Assembly (NCBI RefSeq): GCF_004010195.1
Contig: NC_057720.1
Coordinates: 21,208,922-21,272,921 of the forward strand
Length of the DNA stretch: 64,000 bases
Direction: 5' to 3'
DNA from: Chiloscyllium plagiosum
Taxonomy: Eukaryota
This document shows, in pieces, positions 24,071-36,030 of the stretch (position 1 is its first letter; the number at the start of each line of letters is the position of its first letter). A model generated the notes under the pieces. It was not told where the DNA came from, searched no databases, and worked only from the letters and a program-made list of their open reading frames with translations. The position numbers and the translations under genes are program-made.

Positions 24071-27000
24071 CTATAGAGTTATATAGCACAGAAACAGACG
24101 CTTCAGTCCATTTTGTCCATAACAACCAGATATCATAAACTGATCTAGTCCCATTTGCCTGCATTTGGCCCATATCCCTCTAAACCCTTCCTATTCATAC
24201 ACCTACCCGGATGCCTGTTGTAATTGTACCCAACTCCTTGACTTCCTCTTGCAGCTCGTTCCATACACACAGCACCCACTGTGTGAAAATGTTGCCCCTC
24301 AGGTTCCTTTTATATCTTTTTCCTCACACCTTAAAATTATGCCCTCTAGTTCTGGACTCCCCCAAACCAGGGAAAAGATCTTGTCTATCTACCCCATCCA
24401 TGTTGCTCATGATTTTATAAACCTCTATAAGGTCACCCCTTAGCCTGCGACATTCCTGGGGAAAAAAACTCAGCCTATTCAGCCCCTCCCTAAAACTCAA
24501 ACTCTCTAAGCCTGGCAACATTGTTGTAAATCTTTTCTGAACCCTTTCAAGTTTCACAAAATCTCTCCTACAGGAGGGAGACCAGAACTGAACACAGTTT
24601 TCTAAAAGTGGCCTAACCTATGTCCTGTACAACCGCAACATGACTTCCCAACTCCAATGCTCAATGCATTCATCGACGAAGACAAGCATGCCAAATGCCT
24701 TCTTCACCACCCTGTCTACCTGTGACTCCACTTTGCAGAACTATGAACCTGCACCCCTCGGTCTGTGTTTGGCAACATTCCCCAGGACCTTACGATTAAG
24801 TGTATATGTCATGTCACGGTGGTTCAGTGGTTAGCATTGCTGCCTCACAGCGCCAGGGACCCGGGTTTGATTCCAGCCTTGGGTGACTGCCTGTGTGGAG
24901 TTTGCACATTCTCCCCGTGTCTGCGTGGGTTTCCTCCGGGTGCTTCAGTTTCCATCCACAATCCAAAGATGGGCAGGTCAGGTGAATTGTCCATAGTGTA
25001 CAGGGATGTGTAGGCTAGGTGCATTAAGTTAGGGAAAATTTAGAGTAATAGGTGTAATGGAATGGTTCTGGGTGGGATACTCTTCGGAGGGTCGGTGTTG
25101 ACTTGGGCGAAATGGCCTGTTTCCACACTGTAGGGATTCTAATTCTGATTTGCCTTACCAAAATACAACATTTCACATTTATTTAAATTAAACTCCATCT
25201 CCCCTTCTTGGTCCTTTGGCCTATCTGATCAAGGTCCTATTGTACTCTGAAATAACCTCCTGATCAAGGTCCCTTTGTACTCTGAAATAACCTTCTTCAT
25301 TGTCCACTATACCACCAATTGTGATGTCATCTGCAAACTTTCTAACTATACCTTCGATACTTACATCCAAATCATTTATATAAATGATGAAAGGCAGTGG
25401 ACCCAGCATTGATCCTTGTGGCACACCACTGGTCACAGGCTTCCAGTCTGAAAAACAACCCTCCACCACGACTCAGTCTCCTATCTTCAAGCCGATATTG
25501 TATCCAATTTGCTACCTCTCCCTGATTACAGGTGATCTAATCTCGTTAACCAGTCTACCCTGAGGAATCTTGTTGAACCCCTTGCTGAAGTCTACAGAAA
25601 CAACGTCCAATGCTCTGCCTTCATCCATCACCTTTGTCACTTCTTCAAAAAATTCGATCAAGTTATTGAGACACAATTTTCCATGCACAAAGCCATGTTG
25701 ACTATCCCTAATCAGTTTTTGACTTTCCAAATAAACATAAATCCTGTCCCTCAGAATCCCCTCCAACAACCTACCCACCACTTACATTAGGTTCACTGGC
25801 CTATAGTTCCCTAGCTTTTCCTTACCATCTTTCTTAAATAATGGCACCATATTAGCCAATCTCCAGTCTTCTGGCACCTCACCCATAGCTATTAATCATA
25901 CAAGTATCTCAGCAAGAGACCCAATAATTTCTTCCCTTACTTCCCACAAAGTTCTAGGGTACACCTGATCAAGTCCTGGGGATTAATCCACCTATATGTT
26001 TTAAGACATCCAGTACCTCCTCCCCTGTAATATGGACTCTTTTCAAGATATCACTATTTATTTCCCCAAGTTCTCTAGCTTCCCTGTCCTACTCCAGAGT
26101 AAGTACAGATGCAAAAATTCATTTCGCAGCTCACCCATCTCCTATGGTTCCACACATAGATGGCCTTGTTGATCTTTAAGGGGCCCTATTCTCTTCCTAG
26201 TTACTCTTTTTCCCTTAATGTAGTTGTGGAATCTCTTTGGATTTTCCTTAACCTACTTGCCAAAGAAATCTCATGTCACCTTTTTCCCTTCCTGATTTTC
26301 CTCTTGAGTATACTCCCACTGCCATTATACTCTGCCATTATATATGCTTCTGCTTTTTCTTGACCAGAGCCTCAAGTTTTCTAGTTATCCAGCATTCCCT
26401 ACACCTTCCAGCCTTGCCCTTGGCACTAATAGAAACATATTGTCTCTGAGCTTTAGTTATCGCAATTTTGAAGGCCTCCCACATTCCACCTGGCTCTTTA
26501 CCTATAAATAGCCTCTCCTGATCAAATTTTGAAAGTTCCTGCCTAATATCATCAAAATTGGCCTTACTCCAATTTAGAATTTTAACTTTTAGATCAGGTC
26601 TATCCTTTTCCAAAACTATTCTAAAACTAATAGAATTATGATCACTGGCCTCGATGACACCTCAGTCATTGGCCCTACCATATTTCCCAAGAGAAGGTCA
26701 GGTTTTATTGTTGTCTAGCAAATACGTCCACATATTGAATGATAAAATTTTCTTGTACACACTTAAATTCCTCTCCTTCCAAGTCCCTTAATAATATGGC
26801 AGTCCCAGTCTATGTTTAGAAAGTTAAAATCCCTCATTGCAACCCCATTATTCTTACAGTTATCTGAGACCTCCTTACATATTTAGAGTCATAGAGATGT
26901 ACAGCATGGAAACAGACCCTTCGGTCCAACCCGTCCATCCCAAATGCCTCTTAAATGTTGCAATTGTACCAGCCTCCACCACAATTGCAACATTTAAGAG

Positions 27001-28668
27001 TCAGTTGGATGGGTATATGTTGGAGGGATTCTGAGGGACAGGATTTATGTGTATTTGGAAAGTCAAAAACTGATTAGGGATAGTCAACATGGCTTTGTGC
27101 ATGGAAAATTGTGTCTCAATAACTTGATCGAATTTTTTGAAGAAGTGACAAAGGTGATGGATGAAGGCAGAGCATTGGACGTTGTTTCATTAGACTTCAG
27201 CAAGGGGTCCACCAAGATTCCTCAGGGTAGTCTGGTTAACGAGATTTGGGTTGTTCTGAAGGGTCTGTTTCCATGCTGTACATCTCTATGACTCTAAATA
27301 TGTCTCAGATATCTGTAAGTATAATGGCGTTGTAATGATGAGGGATTTTAACTTTCTAAACATAGACTGGGACTGCCATATTATTAAGGGACTTGGAAGG
27401 AGAGGAATTTAAGTGTGTACAAGAAAATTTTATTATTCAATATGTGGATGTATTTGCTAGACAACAACAAAACTCGACCTTCTCTTGGGAAGTATGGTAG
27501 GGCCAATGACTGAGGTGTCAGCGAGGCCAGTGATCATAATTCTATTAGTTTTAGAATAGTTATGGAAAAGGATAGACCTGATCTAAAAGTTAAAATTCTC
27601 TAAATTGGAATAAGGCTAATTTTGATGATAATAATCAGAAACTTTCAAAATTTGATTGGGAGAGGCTATTTACAGGTCAAGAGTTGGTTCTCAATTTCCT
27701 GCTAACAATTGGGGGGCCTATAGTACAATCCTAATGAGATGATCATGTCTTTCTTATTTCTCAGTTCCACCCAAATATATAATTGGACATTCTCGCAGGA
27801 ATTGCCTCTCAACTTACAACCGTAATGTTATCCTTAACCAAAAACGTGACACCCCATCCTCTCTTGCCCCACCTTTCTATCTTTCCTATAGCAGGACACC
27901 CTGGAACATTAAGCTGCCACTCCTGCCTTTCCCTGAGTCACATTTCTCTGATAGCTATGATATCCCAGTCCCATGCTCCCAATCACGCCTTGAGCTCATT
28001 AATTTATTAGTCTTACCTTGACTATTTAACTTTCTCCTCTTCTCAACCATACCAGCCTCAGACTTATCACTTTTCTCACTTTCTTTTTGGGTTGTACCCA
28101 ACTCCCTTACTGGTTTGAAGCCTCTCAAACAACACTAGCAAATCTCTTCACAAGGATATTGGTGCCCTTCCAATTCAGGTGTAACCCATCCTTCTTATAC
28201 AGATCACTCCTTGCCCAGAAGAGATTCCAATGGTTCAAAATTGTGAATCCTTGCCCTCTGCACCAGCCTCTCAGCTACTCTTCTGCCCAATCCTCCTACT
28301 CCTATTCTAATTAGCACATGGCACTGGGAGTAATCCTGATATTACTACATCCGAGGGCCTACTTTTGAACCTCCTGCCTAATTTCCTACGTTCTTTCTGC
28401 AGAACCTTGTCCCTTTCCCTTCCTATGTCGTTGGTACCAACATGTACAATAATCTTCAGCTGATCACTCTCCCCTTTGAGAATATTCTGTGCCATCTCCG
28501 GGACATCCTTGATCCTGGCACCAGGGAGGCAACACACCATTTTGATATCTCGCTGTCAGCTGCAGAAACATCTGTCTGTGCCTCTGACTAGACAGTCTCC
28601 TATCACAATCGATCACATGGAACCTGACATACCCCTCATTACAGTAATGGCAGTCTCAGCACCAGAAC
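24071..28668 (-). mobile_element. Near-full-length decayed CR1 LINE (ORF1 esterase, EN, RT, 3' tail) with nested HE1 and complex insertion 26885-27683
   Basis: 28307..28540 VCCLPGARIKDV...IIVHVGTNDIG (SGNH esterase); YYRPP near 27720; QHGFVHGK; SGVPQGSMLGP; KFADD; 3' tail at 24071. Confidence 0.95.
24815..25148 (+). mobile_element. HE1-type SINE nested in CR1
   Basis: CACGGTGGTTCAGTGGTTAGC...GGTTTGATTCC; tail GGGATTCTAATTCT. Confidence 0.95.
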
Positions 28669-28914
28669 CATTGAAACATGTAACTCTTCATAACCACATA
28701 GTCTTATATTAGCCCACACTCTTTGGTTATGAATCTAATGTTTGTAAATAAGTGAGCTGTAATAAACATGCTGGTGGATCTTTCCAATACCATGTTACTG
28801 ACATCTAAATTCTTAAGTTATGGGAGATGTCAGAAACCCTGCTGGAGGTTAAACACATCTCAACTAAATTTAACATTCCTGTAGCTTGTCTATCATATCT
28901 GCTTGTCTTTTTTT

Positions 28915-29100
28915 TTAAAATTCACTAATGGGATGTGGGCAAAAGCTGGGCCAGCATTTTTTTTCACATCTGTATTGGTCCTGGTGTAAATGGTGGTGAG
29001 CTGCCTTCTTGAACCATTGCCATTCTTTTGGCTTAGGGTACATCCACAATACCATTAGGGAGAGAGTTCCAGGATTTGAACCCAACATCACTGATGCCCA
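28915..29100 (-). mobile_element. 3' tail of the second LINE family
   Basis: TTCACTAATGGGATGTGGGC...GGTGGTGAGCTGCCTTCTTGAACC; similar copies at about 30510-30620 and 51135-51290. Confidence 0.65.
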
Positions 29101-29769
29101 ACTTTGACTTCTGCACAATTGCTTGTAATTCCAGTCAGCTGAATGTAGCAGCTGGCTTTGTTGGGCTGTTTAATGTGTTCTTAAAAGAGCGACTTCGTAT
29201 ATAAGGATTTGGAGTTGTTTGGTTTTCCATAAGTTGAGTATTGTTGAAAGAAACACACATTTTCTCAAAGCTTTTTATCTTACACTCACTAGGATAATTT
29301 GCAGGGATTATACAGAAAAATATAGATATGTATTAAACATGTTTTCTTAAAAAAACATGACTGAAAATTTCATGTATTATCTGACTGCATTCTATGGACT
29401 TATAAAAATAAAATGTTTCTCATCTTGTGACTGCTTCTGCCCACCAGCATCTCAGTTGTCTTTCAATCTGTGACCTTTGTTTCTCTTTCTTCTCTCTGCC
29501 TGCTTGTATACATTTCTGTAATTGTCAGCACCATGACTGTATAATTTGTCCTTCCATTTTCTGTTTCCCCTTGCATTTTCTCCTTTAGCTCTTAACTATT
29601 TCTAAGGCTCTCTATCTGTTTGTTTTGGTCAGACTCTGTTTTTCATTCATTTTCTTTCCTGCTCTGTTTTACCTCTATCAGTGATCCAAAGACAGGTTCA
29701 GGGCTACAGTTACAGCAATTATTTTAACTTTTCTAACCCATGAAAGAGGAAAGCTTGAAAACAAAGACC

Positions 29770-30090
29770 ATGAATGTTGCAAATGCACCCACTAGGGTCA
29801 GGAATCAGAGAATAATAGTTAATGAGTATTGTCCAGATTGGATGAAAGTTTGTAATAGTGTTCCCTAGGGGTCAGTACTGGGACCCTTGCTTTTCCTAAT
29901 ATAAAGGCTCCTATTCTTCAGTGTTCAGGAACAGAGGGACCTGGGTGTATATCTATAAAAGTCATTATAAGTTGCAGGATGGACAGCCGTCAATCAAGGA
30001 TACAGAATGTTAGGTTTCATAAATGGGTGCAGGAGCATTGGATGATTTTTTGAACAGAGATAATGTGAAGGGTTATGGGGAGAAGTGAGG
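29770..30090 (+). mobile_element. Heavily deleted CR1 RT fragments
   Basis: AGTGTTCCCTAGGGGTCAGTACTGGGACCC (SVP*GSVLGP), EQRDLGV, AAGGGTTATGGGGAGAAG. Confidence 0.65.
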
Positions 30091-31904
30091 ACATTCATAT
30101 TCAGTTAAAGTCAGGACAGTGGTATGTGCTGTCACATGGGCCACTGGCCCCCTTCTGTATCACATCGATTCTATGCATCACCACTTCTAAACAACATTCT
30201 CAATTTGTTAAGTCACTAGGAAAGATTGAAACCTGCAAGAGGATAAATATTACCTCTGTGAAATTTAACCATCCTTAAATGTTCTTATTAGAAACTGTAT
30301 AAAATGGAATGCTGCTCTGTATATCCCTTTCATTTATTAGAAGTTAAAAGGAAATTGCAATTTCTTCCAGTTTCAGTGTAGAAGTATTATTATTTCAGGA
30401 AAATTCAATTGCAACGTTTGGTCTGTTTTAAACTGTAGTGAACTTCAACCAACCACTGCTTGGATGGTGTTTGAGTTTAAACAATTTATTGATAAATACA
30501 TGCATTTTAACTACTTGTGTGTGGGATGTAGGTGTCACCGGCTAGGCCAGCATTGGCAAGGTGAAGCCTTAATTACTGTAGGGAAGGTGGCGGTGAGCTT
30601 TTTTGAGGAACCTTGGTAGTCCTTCATTTGTTGGGAGAAAGACAACGGTCAGGGGTCTGATCAATCAGTCTGGCGTTTGCTTGTCAAAGTCGGTCAGATG
30701 TTTGGGATGCAGACAGTCCTGGGGTTCAATGAGTTGTGATCATTACAGGGGGTAAAATGGGGGATATTGGGGCATTTGGGGTGTATCACTTCCAGAAACA
30801 ATGGGTGAATCATGGCAGTGATGGGAAAGGGGAGGAAAGCAAATGCATTTGTAGATGGTGGGGTTTGAGGGGAAATCAAGGTGTACAGGGCGTAGGCAGA
30901 ACCGTGAGCACAGTGGGTTAAGGTGATGGGGGTTATTTGCAGTGACCATGACCGTGGCCCTCTTAGAGGGAACATCGAGGGCTAGGGTAGACATTATCAA
31001 AGTCTAATGCCAAGGTACGGGGCAGTGAGGACAGTTGGAGGTGAAGTTCAACATAGTGAGCTTCCACATGGAGATTGAAGGATGGAATTAGGTATTCAGG
31101 GTAATACATGATAAAGGGGTCATGGAGGTTCTGGGACAGGACCTGGCAACCAGGTGGAGCCATCTGCTGTCCACTATGAGCTATGTTCCCAGCCATCATT
31201 TCACTTGATGTAAAATTCTACTGATAAATGGCTGAGACAATGCCCAGGATATGCAGACTCATTTTAATGAGTGGAAGTGTGGGATCTCTGTATGCTGGAT
31301 GCTAGGATACCAAAGGGGCAAATAGGCACTTACAAACTTCAGCTATATTTAATTTGATTTTATCCCATCATCCATTTGCTATGCACGTAGAGGTCAGTTG
31401 CTGGTTAAAGTTGATTAACACTGTGCCATTGCTGCTTGCAAATATTTGCAGTTTAATACTGCTGAAGGTAGCAGCAATGACGTTAAAAGAAACCAATTCT
31501 GGTCAAAGGCAACCATTAATTATGCAAATTCCAATTGGGAGATGGAGACCGTTGCTTTATCACCTGTCATGTAGGTTTAATAATGATCCCCACTGAATGA
31601 AATAAGAAGTTAAATGTCTGATGTGGGCTTGGCATGGGAAGAGGCTCGGAGTTCAGCAGACAATCACTTCACCAAGTTGGTGCACTTGCTGAGGATGAAA
31701 CTGAATGAACAATGGATACATGGCCCTCATTACTGCAATGCAGCATACCTCACCTTATGGACAAGTGTGCTCAGCACTCATCTGCAAAGCATGTCACCAC
31801 TGACTCTTCTGAGACCGAAGAATGTCTTTCGATCCTTGTCTCCCCAATGCCGATTGTTTCCACTGAGTCCTGCACCTTGCTGCTGGTGGGATGTTGATGG
31901 TTAT

Positions 31905-31987
31905 GGCTTATGCCCGAAATGTCGATTCTCCTGCTCCTCGGATGCTGCTTGACCTTCTGTGCTTTTCCAGCACCACACTCTCGAGTC
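31905..31987 (+). mobile_element. PLE pLTR fragment
   Basis: GGCTTATGCCCGAAATGTCGATTCTCCTGCTCCTCGGATGCTGCTTGACC..., same family as 2310-2390. Confidence 0.75.
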
Positions 31988-32574
31988 CTGATTACTATGG
32001 CTGCCTTCTTAAGGAGCTGAAGGTAGAAGCAGGACAAGGACCAGGGCTGAAAGCAATCCCCAGAGCAGCTGCAGGTCAGTGTGGATAACAAAGAGCAACC
32101 ATCTCATTTCCAAGGTAAACATATCCCTTTGCAAATATTGACAGATTAAGGGGAAATATACTAATGACTGGCTAAGACCAGCTTTCTTAATTAGTCACAT
32201 TTCTGTTTCCTTCTCTAAATCCACATCTCCATATCCTCTGCTGAGCCTGTAATCAGCTCAGTTATTTTCACTGAGTCACTGCTTGCTGCACTAATTGCCA
32301 ATTTATCCCAATAGTCACCAAATGTAAAGAAAAGACTCTTGAAGGTAATTTTAGTGCCGGCTTCCTTACTTTAATGAACAATAACATTAACACAACAAGA
32401 TATTCACAGCTCAAAAGGCATAGTTCTTAACAGGTAACTTGGACAGAGGAAGGGAACTGACATAAGATGTTACATAGATTTATCCAGCAAAGAAACAGGC
32501 CACTCATTCCGACTGGTCTGTGCTGACGATATTACTCCACAAGAGCTACATAACATCCTATCAGTATTCTTTAT

Positions 32575-32970
32575 GAGTTCATAAGTTCATAAGGTATAGG
32601 AGCAGAATTATGCCATTTGGCCCATCGGCCTATTATGGCTGATATGTTCCTCACCCCCATTTCTCTGCTTTCTCTCCATATCCTTTCAACCCATTACCAA
32701 TTGAAAATCTGTCTAACTCCTCCTTAAATTTACTCACTGTCCAAGCATCCACCCCACTTTGGAATAGTGAAGTCCACATATTCATAACCTTTGGGAGAAG
32801 TAGTTTCTCCTCAATGCTGTTTTAAATTTGCTACCCCTTATCCTATGAATATGACCTCTGGTCCTAGAATGCCCCACATGAGGAAGCATCTGCTCCACAT
32901 CTATTTTTTCCAGACCTTTTATCATCTTGAATACCAATTTGATCTCCCCTCTATTCTATTCCTTTCACTT
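32575..32970 (-). mobile_element. CR1 LINE 3' end (GTTCATAA-tail subfamily)
   Basis: Tandem GTTCATAA tail, then AGGAGCAGAATTA.GCCATT.GGCCCATC and the reversed ORF2 C-terminus. Confidence 0.8.
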
Positions 32971-33248
32971 TTGTCGTCTAGTTTTTGCTTGAAGCCATCT
33001 CCACAGTCCTCTGCCACAGCAAGAACCACATTCTAAACAATATAAACAAATACATTTCTCCAGAATCCTTTGTAGGATTTGTGAGTCACTACTTAATATT
33101 TATAGACACAAATTTTGGACCTCTCATATACATATTTTTTTCTTCACAAAATGCTAGAAACTTGCAAATGGAAAAGCTGGGAGGAGAAAAATACAAGTAA
33201 AGGAGATAAACAAAGGGCTTAATCTTACAATTTATTGGCTAAATTACA

Positions 33249-33803
33249 GTCATAGAGTCATAGAGATGTACGGAGAAAGTGAGGTCTGCAGATGCTGGAG
33301 ATCAGAGATGGAAATGTGTTGCTGGAAAAGCGCAGCAGGTCAGGCAGCATCTAGGGAACAGGAGAATCGACGTTTTGGGCATTAGCTTGAAGAAGGGCTA
33401 ATGCCCGAAACGTCGATTCTCCTGTTCCCTAGATGCTGCCTGACCTGCTGCGCTTTTCCAGCAACACATTTCCATCATAGAGATGTACGGCATGGGAACA
33501 GACCCTTCGGTCCAACTTGTCCATGCCAACCAGATATCCTAACCTAATCTAGTCCCATTTGTCAGCACTTGGCCCATATCCTTCTAAACCCTTCCAATTC
33601 ATATACCCATCCAGATGCCTTCTAAATGATATAATTATACCAGCCTCCAACACTCCCTCTGACAGCTCATTCCATACATGCACCATTTCCTGTGTGAAAA
33701 AGTTGCCACTTAGGTTCCTTTTATACCTTTCTCCCATCATCCTAAACCTATGTTCTCCAATTCTGGACTCCCCCACCCTAGGGAAAAGACTTTGTCTATT
33801 TAC
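33249..33803 (-). mobile_element. CR1 LINE 3' end containing a PLE hairpin insertion
   Basis: ORF 33549..33872(-) GERYKRNLSGNFFTQEMVHVWNELSE. Confidence 0.9.
33272..33476 (-). mobile_element. 205-bp PLE-derived hairpin insertion
   Basis: 35-bp tail (33272-33306), arms 33307-33386 and 33397-33476 (1 mismatch in 80); TSD ATAGAGATGTAC at 33260-33271 and 33477-33488. Confidence 0.93.
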
Positions 33804-34554
33804 ATCAAGATTTTTGGAGGGATTCTTGCCACAAAGCCCAGTGAGATTTCTTTTTTTAGTCTCCAGACACATCTGAGTGACTTGCTCACCACTAAAATTA
33901 CCATGACTGTTTTTTAATTATCTACTTTTGTTTTTTTTTAAACTACTCATTGTCACCAGTAATCACCTGTGGAGCCAATTATCAGTGAGAGTTCTTGATG
34001 TATCTTGCCTAATGAGTCTCATTAATTCCCTAGTCCGCCCTTATGGCATCCTCATGTCTGTTGCTCTGCTTGGTCTTATCCCTTTGCTTAGCAGCCTGCT
34101 ACCAAATCTCCTCCAGTGGTCTCCTTTGGGACTAGTGCTTAAAGGGGACTGTGCGCTATCATGGGTTGTAAAGATGCTAATGTTGGTGATGTGACTGATT
34201 CTCTTACTTTGACATTGGAAAAGCATGAAGGAAACTGAAAAGCAGTGTATCATGGAGCAGGAGTGCAGTACTGTACTAGAGACCTGTATTCATTAACATC
34301 TATACCTAAGTTTAAATAAAGAGTAACATTACAAAAGGGAGTCACAGAACTTTACTCTAGGATAGGAACAAACAAGAGATGTGAGAAGTTAAGAATAGTT
34401 ACAGCCTTTCAAAACAGAGCAGGTCTTACGAGTACAAGTAGACATCCGATTTCCTTGAGAACTGAGCAAATACAGAATCCATGATGAAACAAACAGTTCG
34501 AAGGCAAAGTAACAACAGTGCTCTCAAGCATACTGGCAGCAGTTTTCTCTTTGT

Positions 34555-35270
34555 TTAAATTCATTCATGAGATGTGGGCATCGCTGGCTGGGCCAGTACT
34601 TATTTCCCGTCCCTATTTAGTCCTGAGAAGTGGTGGTGAGCTGCAGTTTTTGTGCTGTAGGTTGACTCACAATGTCTTTAATGAAGGAATTCCAGAATTT
34701 TGACCCAGTGACATGAAAGGAATGGTGATATATTTCCAAATCAAGATGTTGAATGGCTTGGAGGGAACTGGCAGTTAGTGGCATTCCCATGTATCTGCTG
34801 CCCTTGTCCTTCTGGGTGGAAGTGGCTTGGAAGGTGCAGTCTAAGGATCTTTGGTGAATTTCTGCAGTGCATGTTGGTACACTATTGCTACTGAGCATCA
34901 GTGGTGGAGGGAGTGCAGTGCCAATCAAGTGGGCTGCTTTATCTTGGATGGTGTTAAGCTTCTTCAGTGTGTTTGCAACTGCACCCTTCCAGGCACGTGG
35001 GGAGTATTCCGTCACTCCTTACTTATGCTTTGTGAATGATGGGCAGGATATAGGGAATTAGGTGGTGAGTTACTCATTGCAGGATTCTGAGTCTCTGAAC
35101 TACTCTTGTAGTCACAGTATTTATAAGACTAGTCCAATTCAGTTTCTAATCAATGGTAACCCACAGGATATTGATAGTGGAGAATTCACTATGGATAATG
35201 CCATTGAAAATCAAGGGACAATGATTACATTGTCTCTTATTGAAGCCGACCATTGCCTGACATTTGTGTC
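34555..35270 (-). mobile_element. LINE of the second family: ORF2 C-terminus and 3'UTR
   Basis: ORF 34617..35015(-) EYSPRAWKGAVANTLKKLNTIQDKAAHLIG; upstream SINILGVTID; tail CATGAATGAA. Confidence 0.8.
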
Positions 35271-35834
35271 TTCTTATAAAAGGATTAGTTCATCCTGCGA
35301 GGATACATTGCTGTTTCCATTGGAGCACTCTACTCCTCTGAACCTCTATTATGAGAGAGTTACCCTTCTCAACTGGAGACCAATTGAGGTTCTGATTGCA
35401 GGGGTGGCCAGGCATGTGGTCAAGCACCAAGCTATACAGTGTCAGGTCTGTTAGCAGCCTTGAGGGTAGAAATCAGATAGTCTGTCCTGTTGGGACATTC
35501 CATGCCCAACTGAGAGAACCACCCTCTTACTCTGCCCTTTAAACTGATACTGTACACTCCCTGCTGCAGACTGGCCCTGGTGAGCCCATCCTGGATTTCA
35601 AAGCCCCATTTCATCCAGCTTTTGACAGAAATGTAATATTGTCTGGTGCAGTACCAGTGGTGGCCACTGTTTTTGGTGTCAGTGCTGGTGTCAAAATGGC
35701 GCTGGGCTGTGATTGGCCAGCAGTCTGCAGACACAGAATCTCTACCCTGTGTGCTGTGGGAACACTGACAATAAACAGGTAGGTGCTAGGATTGGCTTTT
35801 AGATAAATTGAGTTGCTTGCCATTAAATAAATTG

Positions 35835-36030
35835 TTTATGGTATGTGGGCGTCAATGGCTAGACCATCATTTATTGTGAACCCCTAATTGCCCAGAGGGC
35901 AGCTAAGAGACCATCATATCACTGTGGGTGTGGAGTCACATATCGGCCAGAACAGGGAAGGACGACAGATTTCCTTCCCTGAAGGACATCAGTGAACTGG
36001 AGTTTTAAAAAACAATCAACAGTAGTTACT
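35835..36030 (-). mobile_element. SINE remnant (family of 9142-9420)
   Basis: ACTGTGGGTGTGGAGTCACAT...GGAAGGACGACAGATTTCCTTCCCT. Confidence 0.6.

Noticed and set aside
25226..25295. 35-bp tandem duplication within CR1 RT
   Set aside because: Ordinary slippage duplication; two units with no spacer, not an array.
29255..29305. Possible decayed minus-strand hammerhead/PLE end
   Set aside because: Core positions are mutated and the stems cannot be convincingly paired.
31600..31760. Possible Harbinger transposase remnant (VHLLRMK...)
   Set aside because: Similarity is too weak to support without a profile search.
32014..32114. Possible 101-bp exon (CTTCTTAAG| ... CAAG|GTAAAC) with one open frame AEGRSRTRTRAESNPQSSCRSVW
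   Set aside because: I do not recognise the peptide and see no partner exons; it needs RNA-seq support.
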